This document shows, piece by piece, positions 1-9,534 of a stretch of 64,000 nt of DNA. The stretch covers positions 5,381 to 69,380 of the forward strand of contig CAVYYR010000005.1 in NCBI GenBank assembly GCA_963772785.1. Direction: 5' to 3'. A model generated the notes under the pieces. The model worked only from the letters and a program-made list of their open reading frames with translations, made no database searches and was not told the DNA's origin. The stretch comes from an uncultured Bacillaceae bacterium (GTDB lineage Bacteria > Bacillota > Bacilli > Bacillales > Halobacillaceae). Position 1 is the stretch's first letter. Each line of letters begins with the position of its first letter. The position numbers and the translations under genes are program-made.

Positions 1-314
1 TGCGTCCTGATTCGCGTCATAGTAGAGTTTGGCTTTTTCTTTGCCGAACGTTCGAATAAGGTGGTCATAAATGAGTCCGTGCTGAGAACTGATTTTCGCC
101 GTAGTATAGCCGGTGGTACCTTCCACAATCTCCCTGCTTCAAGGATGACCACGCTGTATCCTTTTTTCACCAGAAGATAAGCGGTCAAAATTCCAGTGAT
201 TCCGGCTCCGATGACCGTCACATCTGCTTCCGTATTCTCGGTTAGGACGGGAAAGGATTCAATTGACTGGTCTCTCCATAAGGGAAAAGATCTTTCAGGG
301 AGCTGATGCGCCAT
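1..314 (-). pseudogene. YhfW-like FAD-dependent oxidoreductase, 5' part only (runs off window), with apparent 1-nt frameshift at ~121-134
   Basis: ATG 314 with GGAG SD reads MAHQLPERSF...VIGAGITG (GxGxxG)...ILEAG; the conserved [19 protein letters not shown] motif (120-64) is in a different frame. Could be a sequencing indel. Confidence 0.7.
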
Positions 315-328
315 ATTTTTTCTCCTTC

Positions 329-1468
329 CTAGGTAGTTTGATAAGAAACTAAAATCTCTTCTTGTGTAAGAATAGACTCGATTGCGAGACGTGCTTCTTC
401 CAGTACCGATTGCCGCCATTTTTCTTCATGGGGGTAGAACATATTCTTGAATTCCTCAAGAATCCATTGCCGATCCTGCTCCTTTTCTGCTCCTTCCCAG
501 TAAAGCTGGTTTTCAAGGATGATCGTTGTAAATTCCCGCAGCTCCGCTTTTCGGCTTGTGCCGAATGTACCAAACTCAAATAAAGCCGAAAATAGATAGG
601 TATCTGGATTTTCTTCATTTTTTAATTTATGAAAATAGTTGGTAGAGTCTCCTTTTACCTTTTTAGGAGTGAACTTCTGGATATTATCCATACCATACTC
701 TTCTTTCAGATGGTCTTCTTCCCGTTCATCATGTTCGGAGACGACCATTGTCACCTCGTTGGTTGGTCCAAGAGCTGTATGCCAATCCATATGGATCACA
801 CGTGGATAGGTAGAAAGGAGTTTTCTCTGCCAAGCTTTTAAAAAGCTGGCTGATTCCTCTTCGCTGGATCCTCCGTAATATACGCCGCGTGGGAATTCAA
901 ATTGTCCCATGCCTTTTGCTTTCTTAATTCCACTGTATCCTTCTCTCATCATTCCTTTACTCAATTGTTCGTATAGCTCTGTTTTTTCTTTGGCTACATC
1001 CTTAACGGGACCGTTGGGCTGAAAAATATGACTCTCTTCCGAGTAATTCTCGTTTACATTCTCAGGAATTGAACCTGGGTCGAATAAATAATGACGGTTC
1101 AAATCCACGTTATTTTCAGTTACACGTCTGAAATTCCGCATTCCCCAGGGGTTAATTGCGTGCACGAGACAGATGCCAGTAGTTTGTGGATCAATTTGAT
1201 TGAGGTACTCCTCGACAAACAGGTGAGTCACTGCTGCACCGGCATAACCCTCAATTCCGTGCTCTCCTGTAGTGAAGAAGACGACTTGTTCGTTCGAGGT
1301 AAGCGCCTCGGAATAAATAACATCAATGGTATTGTCCGGATCCTGTCCGATGGTTTCGGTGGATAAAACAGCCTGAGGCCACTTTTCTTTGATGGTGGAT
1401 AAAAGTTCTTGGAAAGTTTCTCTGGATTGTTCATAATCTCTCTTAAAATATTTTTCTGTTGCTGTCAT
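329..1468 (-). CDS. M14-family metallopeptidase (DUF2817-like)
   Basis: ORF 329..1510; HGIE zinc motif, NENNVDLNR, DWHT. ATG 1468 preferred because it has an AAAGGT SD and GTG 1510 has none. Confidence 0.75.
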   Translation of the reverse strand: MTATEKYFKRDYEQSRETFQELLSTIKEKWPQAVLSTETIGQDPDNTIDVIYSEALTSNEQVVFFTTGEHGIEGYAGAAVTHLFVEEYLNQIDPQTTGICLVHAINPWGMRNFRRVTENNVDLNRHYLFDPGSIPENVNENYSEESHIFQPNGPVKDVAKEKTELYEQLSKGMMREGYSGIKKAKGMGQFEFPRGVYYGGSSEEESASFLKAWQRKLLSTYPRVIHMDWHTALGPTNEVTMVVSEHDEREEDHLKEEYGMDNIQKFTPKKVKGDSTNYFHKLKNEENPDTYLFSALFEFGTFGTSRKAELREFTTIILENQLYWEGAEKEQDRQWILEEFKNMFYPHEEKWRQSVLEEARLAIESILTQEEILVSYQTT

Positions 1469-1840
1469 AGGACTCACTACCTTTCGAATGCTTTTTGTAA
1501 TAAATTCCACAAATACGAAATGCTAAACAGTAATTTCTTATATTGAAATAATATAATGGATAGTGTGGAGTGACTTGAATGCTTTTGAAGTGTTAGAAAT
1601 ATTGGGATTAAGGGTTTTTGTTTAAGGTATAAGTGAATTTTAAAAGGTGGCAGATTGAATTGTTTTCTTAAAAAAATAAATTCAGTTTCATTTCCGAAGA
1701 AAGAATCCAATCTAGGGGGAGGTTTTCATTAGGAATACGGTAAAGGTCAATAAAGTAAGGGGGGCTGAATCCTCTATCCAACGCCAAACTATAGGCATGG
1801 TACACAACCGAGGAGTGTTTTTTTAGTTCAGGACAAGAAA

Positions 1841-1873
1841 AGACCGGATCAAGGTTTCCCTTTGATCCGGTCT
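1841..1873 (-). terminator. Intrinsic terminator after the YjzC-like gene
   Basis: AGACCGGATCAA...TTGATCCGGTCT hairpin; the upstream A-run gives a U-tract on the minus strand. Confidence 0.7.
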
Positions 1874-1889
1874 ATCTTACATTTGGTGA

Positions 1890-2069
1890 TTACGAAGTTT
1901 TTACCCAGTGGGCAGCTTCATTACTTGAAGGAGAAGGGGGGAACTGTTCACCTTTTTCCACTTTCACTTCAGTATTGTCCTGATTTGAACCTCCACTGAC
2001 TAAGCTTTGTACCTTGTAAGTGCCTGATTCTGGCGCTTTTTCGCCTGTCTTATAAGTGTTTTGTGCCAT
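1890..2069 (-). CDS. YjzC-family small protein (59 aa), not in ORF track
   Basis: GGAGGTGG SD; MAQNTYKTGEKAPESGTYKV...VEKGEQFPPSPSSNEAAHWVKTS resembles the YjzC pattern GxKAPxxGxY...GxxFP...W. Confidence 0.75.
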   Translation of the reverse strand: MAQNTYKTGEKAPESGTYKVQSLVSGGSNQDNTEVKVEKGEQFPPSPSSNEAAHWVKTS

Positions 2070-2292
2070 GTTGCTCCACCTCCTGAATAAATTAGAAAAG
2101 GAAAAAAATAGGTTGTCCTTTTCTTATATAACGTATTTACCATAAAAGTAATGGGTTAAAACGTAATTATTTGATAAAAATGGAAAATAGGAGATTCGGC
2201 AGAGCTGGTCCATTGGAAAAGTGGGAAGAATTGAGGGAGTATAGTTCGAACAGCATATAGCGAATATTAAAACTTGATGAAATCCTTTAAAA

Positions 2293-2340
2293 TTGACATT
2301 TAATTGTATTCATATTATATTTATCTTGAAATTGAGATAA
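2293..2340 (+). promoter_or_regulatory. SigA promoter with MhqR-type operator
   Basis: TTGACA 2293-2298, 17 nt, TATATT 2316-2321; palindrome TTATCTTGAAATTGAGATAA 2321-2340 resembles the B. subtilis MhqR box. Confidence 0.7.
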
Positions 2341-2369
2341 ATTATTTTTAAGTCAACGGAGGGTATGAA

Positions 2370-3353
2370 ATGAACGAATTGAAGGGCTTGCACCATGTGA
2401 CCGCGATTACCAGCAGTGCGGAAAAGAATTATGAATTTTTCACATACGTACTGGGAATGCGGCTGGTGAAGAAAACGGTCAATCAGGATGATATTCAGAC
2501 ATACCACTTGTTTTTTGCAGATGATAAAGGGAGTCCGGGAACAGATATGACATTTTTTGATTTTCCGGGAATCCCCAAAGGTCAACACGGAACGAACGAA
2601 ATATCTAAAACTTCCTTCCGGGTTCCCAGTGATGAAGCGCTCGAGTACTGGGTGAAGCGATTCGACCGATTAGAAGTTCAACACGAGGGAATCAAAGAGA
2701 CATTCGGAAAGAGAGTACTGCCGTTTACAGACTTTGACGAACAAGCATACGAACTCGTCTCCGACGAAAATAATACTGGGGTACCTGCGGGGACTCCTTG
2801 GCAGAATGGTCCGATTCCACTGGAGTATGGCATAACTGGTCTTGGACCGCTGCACGTAAGGATTGCAGACTTTGATTATTTTAAAGAAGTACTGGAAAAA
2901 GTTCTCCTGTTCAGAGAGATTTCCAATGAAGGTCCTTTTCATCTATTTGAAGCAGGGGAAGGTGGAAATGGAGCTCAGGTGGTGGTAGAGCATAATGATC
3001 AAATGCCTTCCTCTCGCCAAGGGTACGGTACGGTTCACCATGCGGCTTTCCGTGTAGAGGATCGAGATGCACTGAATGAATGGATTGATCGTATGCCGCG
3101 GTACGGGTTCAGGACGTCTGGTTACGTAAACCGCCATTATTTCGAATCCTTATATGCCGGTGTAGCACCACAAATCTTATTTGAGTTTGCGACCGATGGC
3201 CCAGGGTTTATGGGAGATGAACCTTATGAAACACTGGGTGAAATGTTGTCGCTGCCTCCAATGCTTGAGCCTAAACGAGAAGAGATTGAACAAGCGGTAC
3301 GCCCAATTGATACGGTAAGAAGTACAAAGGATATGAAGAAAGAATATAACTAA
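2370..3353 (+). CDS. Ring-cleaving dioxygenase (MhqA/MhqO/MhqE glyoxalase family)
   Basis: GLHHVTA, LVKKTVNQDD, YHLFF, GTVHHAAF, FEFATDGPGF motifs. Confidence 0.9.
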   Translation: MNELKGLHHVTAITSSAEKNYEFFTYVLGMRLVKKTVNQDDIQTYHLFFADDKGSPGTDMTFFDFPGIPKGQHGTNEISKTSFRVPSDEALEYWVKRFDRLEVQHEGIKETFGKRVLPFTDFDEQAYELVSDENNTGVPAGTPWQNGPIPLEYGITGLGPLHVRIADFDYFKEVLEKVLLFREISNEGPFHLFEAGEGGNGAQVVVEHNDQMPSSRQGYGTVHHAAFRVEDRDALNEWIDRMPRYGFRTSGYVNRHYFESLYAGVAPQILFEFATDGPGFMGDEPYETLGEMLSLPPMLEPKREEIEQAVRPIDTVRSTKDMKKEYN

Positions 3354-3360
3354 AACGGTA

Positions 3361-3400
3361 AGCCCTCTCCGAGTTGATGAAACTCGGAGAGGGCTTTTTT
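3361..3400 (+). terminator. Intrinsic terminator
   Basis: AGCCCTCTCCGAGTT...AACTCGGAGAGGGCT plus T-run. Confidence 0.85.
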
Positions 3401-3410
3401 TCTTGAAGAT

Positions 3411-3469
3411 TCATACAAATACTTCCACCTCAGGTCATCCATATTTTAGTACCTCAGGTCATACAAATA
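3411..3469. repeat. Tandem 24-bp-period repeat with ACCTCAGGTCAT core; a 23/24 identical copy lies at 10771-10794
   Basis: Units 3411-3434, 3435-3458 and partial 3459-3469, read directly. Confidence 0.75.
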
Positions 3470-3563
3470 TTGTAAATAAAATATCTGTTTAGGTGCGTTC
3501 ATCATATTTTCACAGAAGTGAGCTATGATGGAATTCAATTCAATAAAAGTAGAGGTATGTAAG

Positions 3564-4178
3564 ATGACTATTCAACCCTTAACAATTATTCGAGTTGCTT
3601 CATTAGTAATTGCTGCCCTGGTGATGTGGCTGGCTGTATCGCAGGAAGCGGGGCACAAGAAAAAGGCATTGGAGCAGTTTAGTTCTGTGCTCGTGACGTG
3701 GGCTTTATGGTTTATTGGGGTGAAACTTCTGACGACATGGCCCCTTGTGCTGGAGTATCCACTTTCCGTATTAGCTTACCCAAGCGGGACCCTGGAATTT
3801 TACTTAGCTTCGCTGCTTACGATCAGCACAGAGATTCGCCGGAAAGAGAAGCATCAGACTTTCGTGTACGAGTATATTCTTCTGCTCGCTTGCAGTTTCT
3901 TCTTTTTTACTTTACTTTCCCAACTGCTGCTCGAGCGAGAGGGATTGGTCGCACTGGTCCTGTTCTTTCTATATTTTGCAGCCGTGCTGCTATTCAGGCA
4001 GGTTCTTATCATAAGCGCTCTATTTTCTATTAGTGCTGCAGCTTCTGCGTGGGTAGGCGGACCACCGGCGATCATGGGCTATCGTATGGATCTGTGGTTT
4101 TATGTAGTGATCAGCCTCGCGATGTTTTTGTTATGGAATTTAGAGAAGAGGAGAGAGGTATCATGTCGGTCGATGTAA
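3564..4178 (+). CDS. Multi-pass membrane protein upstream of ccdA
   Basis: Hydrophobic ORF (3525..4178 in track); ATG 3564 follows AGAGGT; overlaps the ccdA start. Confidence 0.7.
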   Translation: MTIQPLTIIRVASLVIAALVMWLAVSQEAGHKKKALEQFSSVLVTWALWFIGVKLLTTWPLVLEYPLSVLAYPSGTLEFYLASLLTISTEIRRKEKHQTFVYEYILLLACSFFFFTLLSQLLLEREGLVALVLFFLYFAAVLLFRQVLIISALFSISAAASAWVGGPPAIMGYRMDLWFYVVISLAMFLLWNLEKRREVSCRSM

Positions 4179-4912
4179 CGATATGGCTTGCTTTCGGAGC
4201 CGGAGTCATTTCATTTTTATCTCCATGTACACTTCCTTTGTTTCCGGCGTATTTGTCCTACATAACCGGAATGAGTGTAAAAGAGATTAAAGAGGATCAG
4301 AGTGCCAAGGTAAAAAGGAAGCTGCTTCTGCATTCGGTGTTCTTTCTATTAGGGGTATCTACCGTATTTTTGACGCTGGGCATTGGAGCATCCTACTTAG
4401 GAAACCTGATTCAAGGGTTTCTGTCAGGTGAATCAGGCCTTTTACTGCAGCGGATTGCGGGTGTATTTATTATTCTGATGGGCTTTTTTGTAGCTGGCTG
4501 GCTTAAAATTAATTGGTTTATGGGCGAAAAACGAATGAGCTTTAAACCGCGCCGTTCGTTTAGTTATGCAGGAACCTGGTTTGCGGGGGTGGGATTTGCG
4601 GCAGGGTGGACACCGTGTATCGGACCAATTTTTGCCTCTATTCTAATGCTTGCCGCAAGCCAGCCCGCACAGGGGGTGCTGTACACAGTTGTATACGTCC
4701 TTGGGTTTATTCTTCCTTTTCTTGCCTTTTCCTTTTTCCTGGGATCTACACGAATTATTCTGAAATACAGCGGTCAGATTATGAAAGGTGGAGGGGCCAT
4801 GATGATTGTGGCAGGAGCACTTTTATATACCGGGTATATGACGAGGATTTCGACCTTTCTGTTGAACCTCGTTCAAGATACCTGGCTTTCCAATTTAGGG
4901 ATTATTTTTTAA
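4163..4912 (+). CDS. ccdA: Cytochrome c biogenesis protein CcdA (DsbD-type transmembrane thiol transporter)
   Basis: SFLSPCTLPLFPAYLSYI and GWTPCIGP motifs; ATG 4163 after GAGG. Confidence 0.9.
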   Translation: MSVDVTIWLAFGAGVISFLSPCTLPLFPAYLSYITGMSVKEIKEDQSAKVKRKLLLHSVFFLLGVSTVFLTLGIGASYLGNLIQGFLSGESGLLLQRIAGVFIILMGFFVAGWLKINWFMGEKRMSFKPRRSFSYAGTWFAGVGFAAGWTPCIGPIFASILMLAASQPAQGVLYTVVYVLGFILPFLAFSFFLGSTRIILKYSGQIMKGGGAMMIVAGALLYTGYMTRISTFLLNLVQDTWLSNLGIIF

Positions 4913-4930
4913 TATGAAAGGAGACAAGTC

Positions 4931-5512
4931 ATGAAACGCTGGATCATTATATTGGTTGTGACAGCTTTGTTTGGCTGGGCGGTCTATGATTTTGTTTATC
5001 AGGGTAAAGCGAGTTCTGACCCTGAAGAAGAGGGGACGACGGTTACCACAGGAGAAACTGAGGAACTTTCGTCGGGACCGGAGAACGGGAAGACGGGACT
5101 TGAAAAAGGTCAGCAGGCCCCTGACTTTACACTTCAGACGCTTGAGGGAGAAGAGGTGTCTTTATCCGATTATCGGGGTAAGAAAGTGATGATTAACTTT
5201 TGGGCTACCTGGTGTCCTCCTTGCCGGGCGGAAATGCCTGATATGGAGAAATTTTATCAGAACGAAGATATTGTCATCTTAGCTGTAAATCTGACGGAAA
5301 CCGAATCCGGTTTACAAGAGGTGCAGCAGTTCAGAGATGAATTTAATTTGTCTTTTCCTATCTTATTAGATAAAAAAGTGGAAGTAGCCAATAAGTATGA
5401 GATTAATCCTGTTCCTACTTCGGTGTTCGTAGGCGAAGATGGAAAAATTGATTCCGTGATGCTCGGAGCGATGAACTATGACATGATGCTTCAGCGACTG
5501 GAGGAATTATAG
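4931..5512 (+). CDS. Membrane-anchored TlpA/ResA-like thiol-disulfide oxidoreductase
   Basis: N-terminal TM helix, NFWATWCPPC, cis-Pro VPT. Confidence 0.9.
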   Translation: MKRWIIILVVTALFGWAVYDFVYQGKASSDPEEEGTTVTTGETEELSSGPENGKTGLEKGQQAPDFTLQTLEGEEVSLSDYRGKKVMINFWATWCPPCRAEMPDMEKFYQNEDIVILAVNLTETESGLQEVQQFRDEFNLSFPILLDKKVEVANKYEINPVPTSVFVGEDGKIDSVMLGAMNYDMMLQRLEEL

Positions 5513-5527
5513 GAGAGAGTACGTTAT

Positions 5528-6211
5528 ATGAAACCGGAAATTTTAATTGTAGAAGATGATCCGAAAATTTCAAATCTCGTTGCTTTATATGTGAAAAACA
5601 GTGGTTATGAGGCACTTCAAGCTTATGATGGCGAAGAAGCAATGCGTCTGTATTCCGAGCGGAAACCATGCTTGATTATTCTCGATCTGATGCTTCCCAA
5701 AATCAGTGGGGAAGAATTCTGTGAATGGGTGAAGGAAGGACGGGAAGATGATCCCGGGGTTATTATGCTCTCGGCAAAAGCCAAAACGGATGATAAGATC
5801 AGCGGCTTGAAGCTGGGGGCGGATGATTACGTGACGAAACCGTTCAGCCCTGAAGAATTAATGGCTCATGTGGAAGCCGTACTTCGTCGAACGGGGCGCC
5901 TCTGTCAAAAGATTGTTTCGAATGGCCTTGTGATCAAACCTCGAAAAGGAGAGGTGTGGCTGAACGATCAACTGCTCGAATTAACCCATTATGAGTTCAA
6001 CTTGCTTTATTTTCTAATGGAAAATGCCGAACATGTATTTACAAGAGAACAACTGGTTCAGCAAATCCATCCTTATGGAGAAGCAGAGATTATGGGGCGT
6101 ACGATTGATGCGCATATAAAGAAACTGCGCAGAAAAATCGAGCGGGACCCAGCTAAGCCTGAACGGATTCTTACCGTGAGAGGAATGGGGTATAAATTTG
6201 TTCAAAATTAG
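5528..6211 (+). CDS. OmpR-family response regulator
   Basis: VEDD, LDLMLP, GADDYVTKPF, IDAHIKKLR, TVRGMGY. Confidence 0.92.
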   Translation: MKPEILIVEDDPKISNLVALYVKNSGYEALQAYDGEEAMRLYSERKPCLIILDLMLPKISGEEFCEWVKEGREDDPGVIMLSAKAKTDDKISGLKLGADDYVTKPFSPEELMAHVEAVLRRTGRLCQKIVSNGLVIKPRKGEVWLNDQLLELTHYEFNLLYFLMENAEHVFTREQLVQQIHPYGEAEIMGRTIDAHIKKLRRKIERDPAKPERILTVRGMGYKFVQN

Positions 6212-7277
6212 AAGAAGCTTAACTCAGAAGCTGTGGGTGAAACTCACTATGGCCAATATAGCTATGCTTGCTGCGGTTGTTATCCTTACAGGCTTCACCC
6301 TCTATCGAACCGCTTGTTTCTTGGCTTCTAACGTAGCGGGCGTCGAGGGGCAGACCCAGACGTCCTTTAATTCCACCCTGTCTTCTTATGTGTGGATCAT
6401 AACGCTGCTTCTTATTATAATAGGTGCCTTCTTCTATTCTGTCATAACGAAGCGAATGCTTGAGCCTGTGAATGAACTCTCGCGCGCCATTCAAACGATG
6501 AAAAAAGGGGAGTATCCTACGGAGTTGACGGCTAGGTCCCAGGATGAAATCGGAGAACTGGTGCACCATGTGAATCATTTAAATTCTCTGCTTGAACAGC
6601 AGGAGAGCAGTAGAAACCAAATGCTTCATGATCTCTCTCACGAGCTCAGAACTCCGCTTTCAAATTTACAAGGTTATCTGGAAGCACTTAATAAAGGCGT
6701 AATCCAGGGAGATAAGGATATTTATAAGTCTCTGGCAGAAGAAACAGAGCGGGTTAATCAGCTGGTTCAAGGCCTGGATGAAGTGAAAAAATGGGGCAGA
6801 ACTGATGGAGAAAGTAACATGGTCAAGCAGTACACTGCCATGGATACGTTTATCCAGCAAGTGGTTCAGCTGTTCGAGATCGAATATGAGCGAAGGGGGA
6901 TTGATTTAATCGTTCATGCTTCTCCTGAAGTGATCATGATTAATCAGCAGGGTATCCAGCAAGTGGTAACCAACCTATTAAATAACGCTTTGCATTATTA
7001 TCAAGGCCACTCCTCTGTAGAAGTAAAAGGAGAGCCAGGAGATTCATTCTATACGGTAACCGTTTCAGGTCCCGGGCAACCTATTCCTACTAGTGATCAG
7101 AATAAAATTTTTGAACGATTTTATCAGGTTGACCCTTCCCGAACACGTAACGACGGGGGATCTGGTCTTGGATTAGCGATCAGTAAGGAAATTGTGGAGA
7201 AGCACGGTGGGGAGGTATGGCTCGAGACAGACGGCACACGTCATTCGTTTCATGTACAACTGCCTCTAAACACATAG
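6198..7277 (+). CDS. HAMP-domain sensor histidine kinase
   Basis: Two TM helices, SHELRTPL H-box, NLLNNA, GSGLGLAI. Confidence 0.92.
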   Translation: MFKIRRSLTQKLWVKLTMANIAMLAAVVILTGFTLYRTACFLASNVAGVEGQTQTSFNSTLSSYVWIITLLLIIIGAFFYSVITKRMLEPVNELSRAIQTMKKGEYPTELTARSQDEIGELVHHVNHLNSLLEQQESSRNQMLHDLSHELRTPLSNLQGYLEALNKGVIQGDKDIYKSLAEETERVNQLVQGLDEVKKWGRTDGESNMVKQYTAMDTFIQQVVQLFEIEYERRGIDLIVHASPEVIMINQQGIQQVVTNLLNNALHYYQGHSSVEVKGEPGDSFYTVTVSGPGQPIPTSDQNKIFERFYQVDPSRTRNDGGSGLGLAISKEIVEKHGGEVWLETDGTRHSFHVQLPLNT

Positions 7278-7297
7278 GAGAATAAAAGCAATAAGTA

Positions 7298-7320
7298 AAG
7301 CCCCTGGATGCCAGGGGCTT
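7298..7320. terminator. Hairpin between convergent kinase and sodC genes
   Basis: AAGCCCCTGG-ATG-CCAGGGGCTT. Confidence 0.65.
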
Positions 7321-7335
7321 AATAATGGCCGAAAC

Positions 7336-8013
7336 TTATTTGCTGATTTCACCGCACGCAATTCTTGCGCCTGCCTCACCGGAAGGCTGAGATTCTTGGT
7401 CATCAGCTCCTGCATGAATAACGAGAGCCGTTCCGCCTTCCTTCAGGAGGGAGTTCTCCTGGCCTTCTTCCAAAGTAACCCGATCCGCCGTCATTTCCTT
7501 CTGAATAGAACCTTCTTCGGATACTTCAAGATTAGGAAGGTCTCCTGCATGGGGGCCGTCCTCCGATTCTGTTCCATGACTCGCGTTGGTCGGGTTAAAA
7601 TGACCGCCTGCTGATTTAAAATCTGGTCCTTCACACATGCCTTTTTCATGGATGTGAATTCCGTGGGTACCCGGCGGAATATCTGATGCGCTGAAATCAA
7701 TTTTTACAGCGTCATCAGCTTGTGTGAGTTCAGCTTTGCCCATCTCTCTGCCTTCCGTATTCATCATCTGTACAGAGATGGTTTTACTAGAGTCGTTCTC
7801 TGACTGAGAGTCGCTGTTACCTTCAGATTCACTATTTTCACTAGATTCTTTTCCCTCTGAAGTTTCCTCACTTTCTCCATTGGAGTCCGCATTCGTTTCT
7901 ACGGATTCCTCTCCATCGTTTCCAGAATCTCTGGCACTATCTTCATTTTCTGTGCATGCGGACAGAGCAAGTACGGCTATACAAATAATTAGTAAGGGAA
8001 ATAGACGCCTCAT
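7336..8013 (-). CDS. sodC: Lipoprotein Cu/Zn superoxide dismutase
   Basis: Lipobox LSAC, HGIHIH, GGHFNP, HAGDL, VIHA, GARIACG. Confidence 0.9.
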   Translation of the reverse strand: MRRLFPLLIICIAVLALSACTENEDSARDSGNDGEESVETNADSNGESEETSEGKESSENSESEGNSDSQSENDSSKTISVQMMNTEGREMGKAELTQADDAVKIDFSASDIPPGTHGIHIHEKGMCEGPDFKSAGGHFNPTNASHGTESEDGPHAGDLPNLEVSEEGSIQKEMTADRVTLEEGQENSLLKEGGTALVIHAGADDQESQPSGEAGARIACGEISK

Positions 8014-8102
8014 AAAATCTCTCCTTTAGGTATCAATTGATGAGTCGGTTAGTTTTGGTAAGCTGGGGAGAAGCTGAGCTGGAAAACTTACTAAAACAAG
8101 GT

Positions 8103-8138
8103 ATGAAAGCAGCAAGTGCTGGACTTGCTGCTTTTCAT
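8103..8138 (-). terminator. Terminator after the alcohol dehydrogenase gene
   Basis: ATGAAAGCAGCAAGT...ACTTGCTGCTTTTCAT hairpin. Confidence 0.7.
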
Positions 8139-8139
8139 A

Positions 8140-9261
8140 TTATGGTTTAAGCACGACCTTAATGTTGTTGTCTGATTTTTTATCAAAAATATCATAAGCT
8201 TCAGGTGCATCTTTGAGATCCATTTTGTGCGTAATGATGTCAGTAGGATCAAATTCGTTGTTTTCAATCATGTTATAAAGTTCTGGCATCAGGTGAATGA
8301 CGGGAGCCTGTCCCATTTTCAAGGAGACGTTACGGCCGAACAAGTCCCCGATTGGGAAGTTATCCGCATTAATGCCATATACACCGGTCAATTGAATGGT
8401 TCCAAATTTCCGGACGGACTCGGAAGCGGTAATAATCGGGCTTATATTCTGATCATCACTGGGACCATGGTCGCTTGAAGCCACGGTGCCGTCCATTCCT
8501 ACACAGTCAATGACCACATCAGCTCCCCCTTGTGTTGATTGATGGAGGAAACCACCGATTTCGTCGTGTTCTTTAAAGTTGTACGTTTCAACATTGTTGG
8601 TACGCTTCGCATGTTCAAGCCGGTGCGGAACATGATCGATGGAAATCACTCGCTTGGCTCCTTTTATCCAGGCGAATTTCTGAGCCATCAGACCGATGGG
8701 TCCAGCACCAAGAATAACTACCGTATCGTCCTGCTTCACACCGCTGTGTTCCACGCTCCAATAGGCGGTCGGTACAACGTCCGACAAGAAGAGCACACTC
8801 TCATCTTCCAGTTCACTTGATTCTGGAACGACAAAGGAAGTGAAATCAGCATAGGGAACACGGAGATACTCGGCCTGGCCGCCGGGATAGTTTCCGAATT
8901 GCTCGGAGTAACCAAATAGAGACCCGTTATCGCTGTGCGGGTTAGAATTGTCACACTGACTTTCCATCTGATTATTACAGTAGAAGCAGTCGCCGCATCC
9001 GACGTTAAATGGGATCACTACACGGTCTCCCTTTTTAACATTTTTTACTTCAGGTCCTACTTCTTCTACGATACCCATGGGTTCGTGTCCGATAATATAG
9101 TCTTCGGACAGAGGAATTCCGTTTTTATAAAGGTGTAAATCTGAACCGCATATACCTGTTGCGGTTATACGGACGATCATATCATCGCCTCTTTGAATTT
9201 TAGGGGCTTCAACGTTTTTTACTTCAACATGGTCTTTTCCTTGATAGGTCAGTGCTTGCAT
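8140..9261 (-). CDS. Zinc-dependent alcohol/formaldehyde dehydrogenase (MDR family)
   Basis: GICGSDLH, GHEPMG, CGDCFYC...C, GAGPIG. Confidence 0.9.
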   Translation of the reverse strand: MQALTYQGKDHVEVKNVEAPKIQRGDDMIVRITATGICGSDLHLYKNGIPLSEDYIIGHEPMGIVEEVGPEVKNVKKGDRVVIPFNVGCGDCFYCNNQMESQCDNSNPHSDNGSLFGYSEQFGNYPGGQAEYLRVPYADFTSFVVPESSELEDESVLFLSDVVPTAYWSVEHSGVKQDDTVVILGAGPIGLMAQKFAWIKGAKRVISIDHVPHRLEHAKRTNNVETYNFKEHDEIGGFLHQSTQGGADVVIDCVGMDGTVASSDHGPSDDQNISPIITASESVRKFGTIQLTGVYGINADNFPIGDLFGRNVSLKMGQAPVIHLMPELYNMIENNEFDPTDIITHKMDLKDAPEAYDIFDKKSDNNIKVVLKP

Positions 9262-9534
9262 GTAAAGTCACGCCTTTCTATGGAATAGATTTCTTCTTAT
9301 ATACGTTCACTCTGATAAAGAGATTGAAACTATAATAAGGATGATATGGTATATTTTACCTAACGTTTATTTCTTCTATGACCAGGTTGTATTTAGGGTT
9401 AATAAGGTGAAAATGACTCATGACAAATGATTGTTTACCTGTTTCATTCCTTAAAACTTTTTTGAAAAAAGGGCAGGCAGACAAGCGTCGCGTTATAGTA
9501 TAAACACAGGTTGTAGAGAAAAGAGGAGGAAACG

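Noticed and set aside
1728-1826. 32-codon ORF after a GGGGAGG SD, and a partial c-di-GMP-I-like string (ACGCCAAACTATAGG)
   Set aside because: The only start is ATT and the peptide has no recognisable features; the other GEMM elements are missing.
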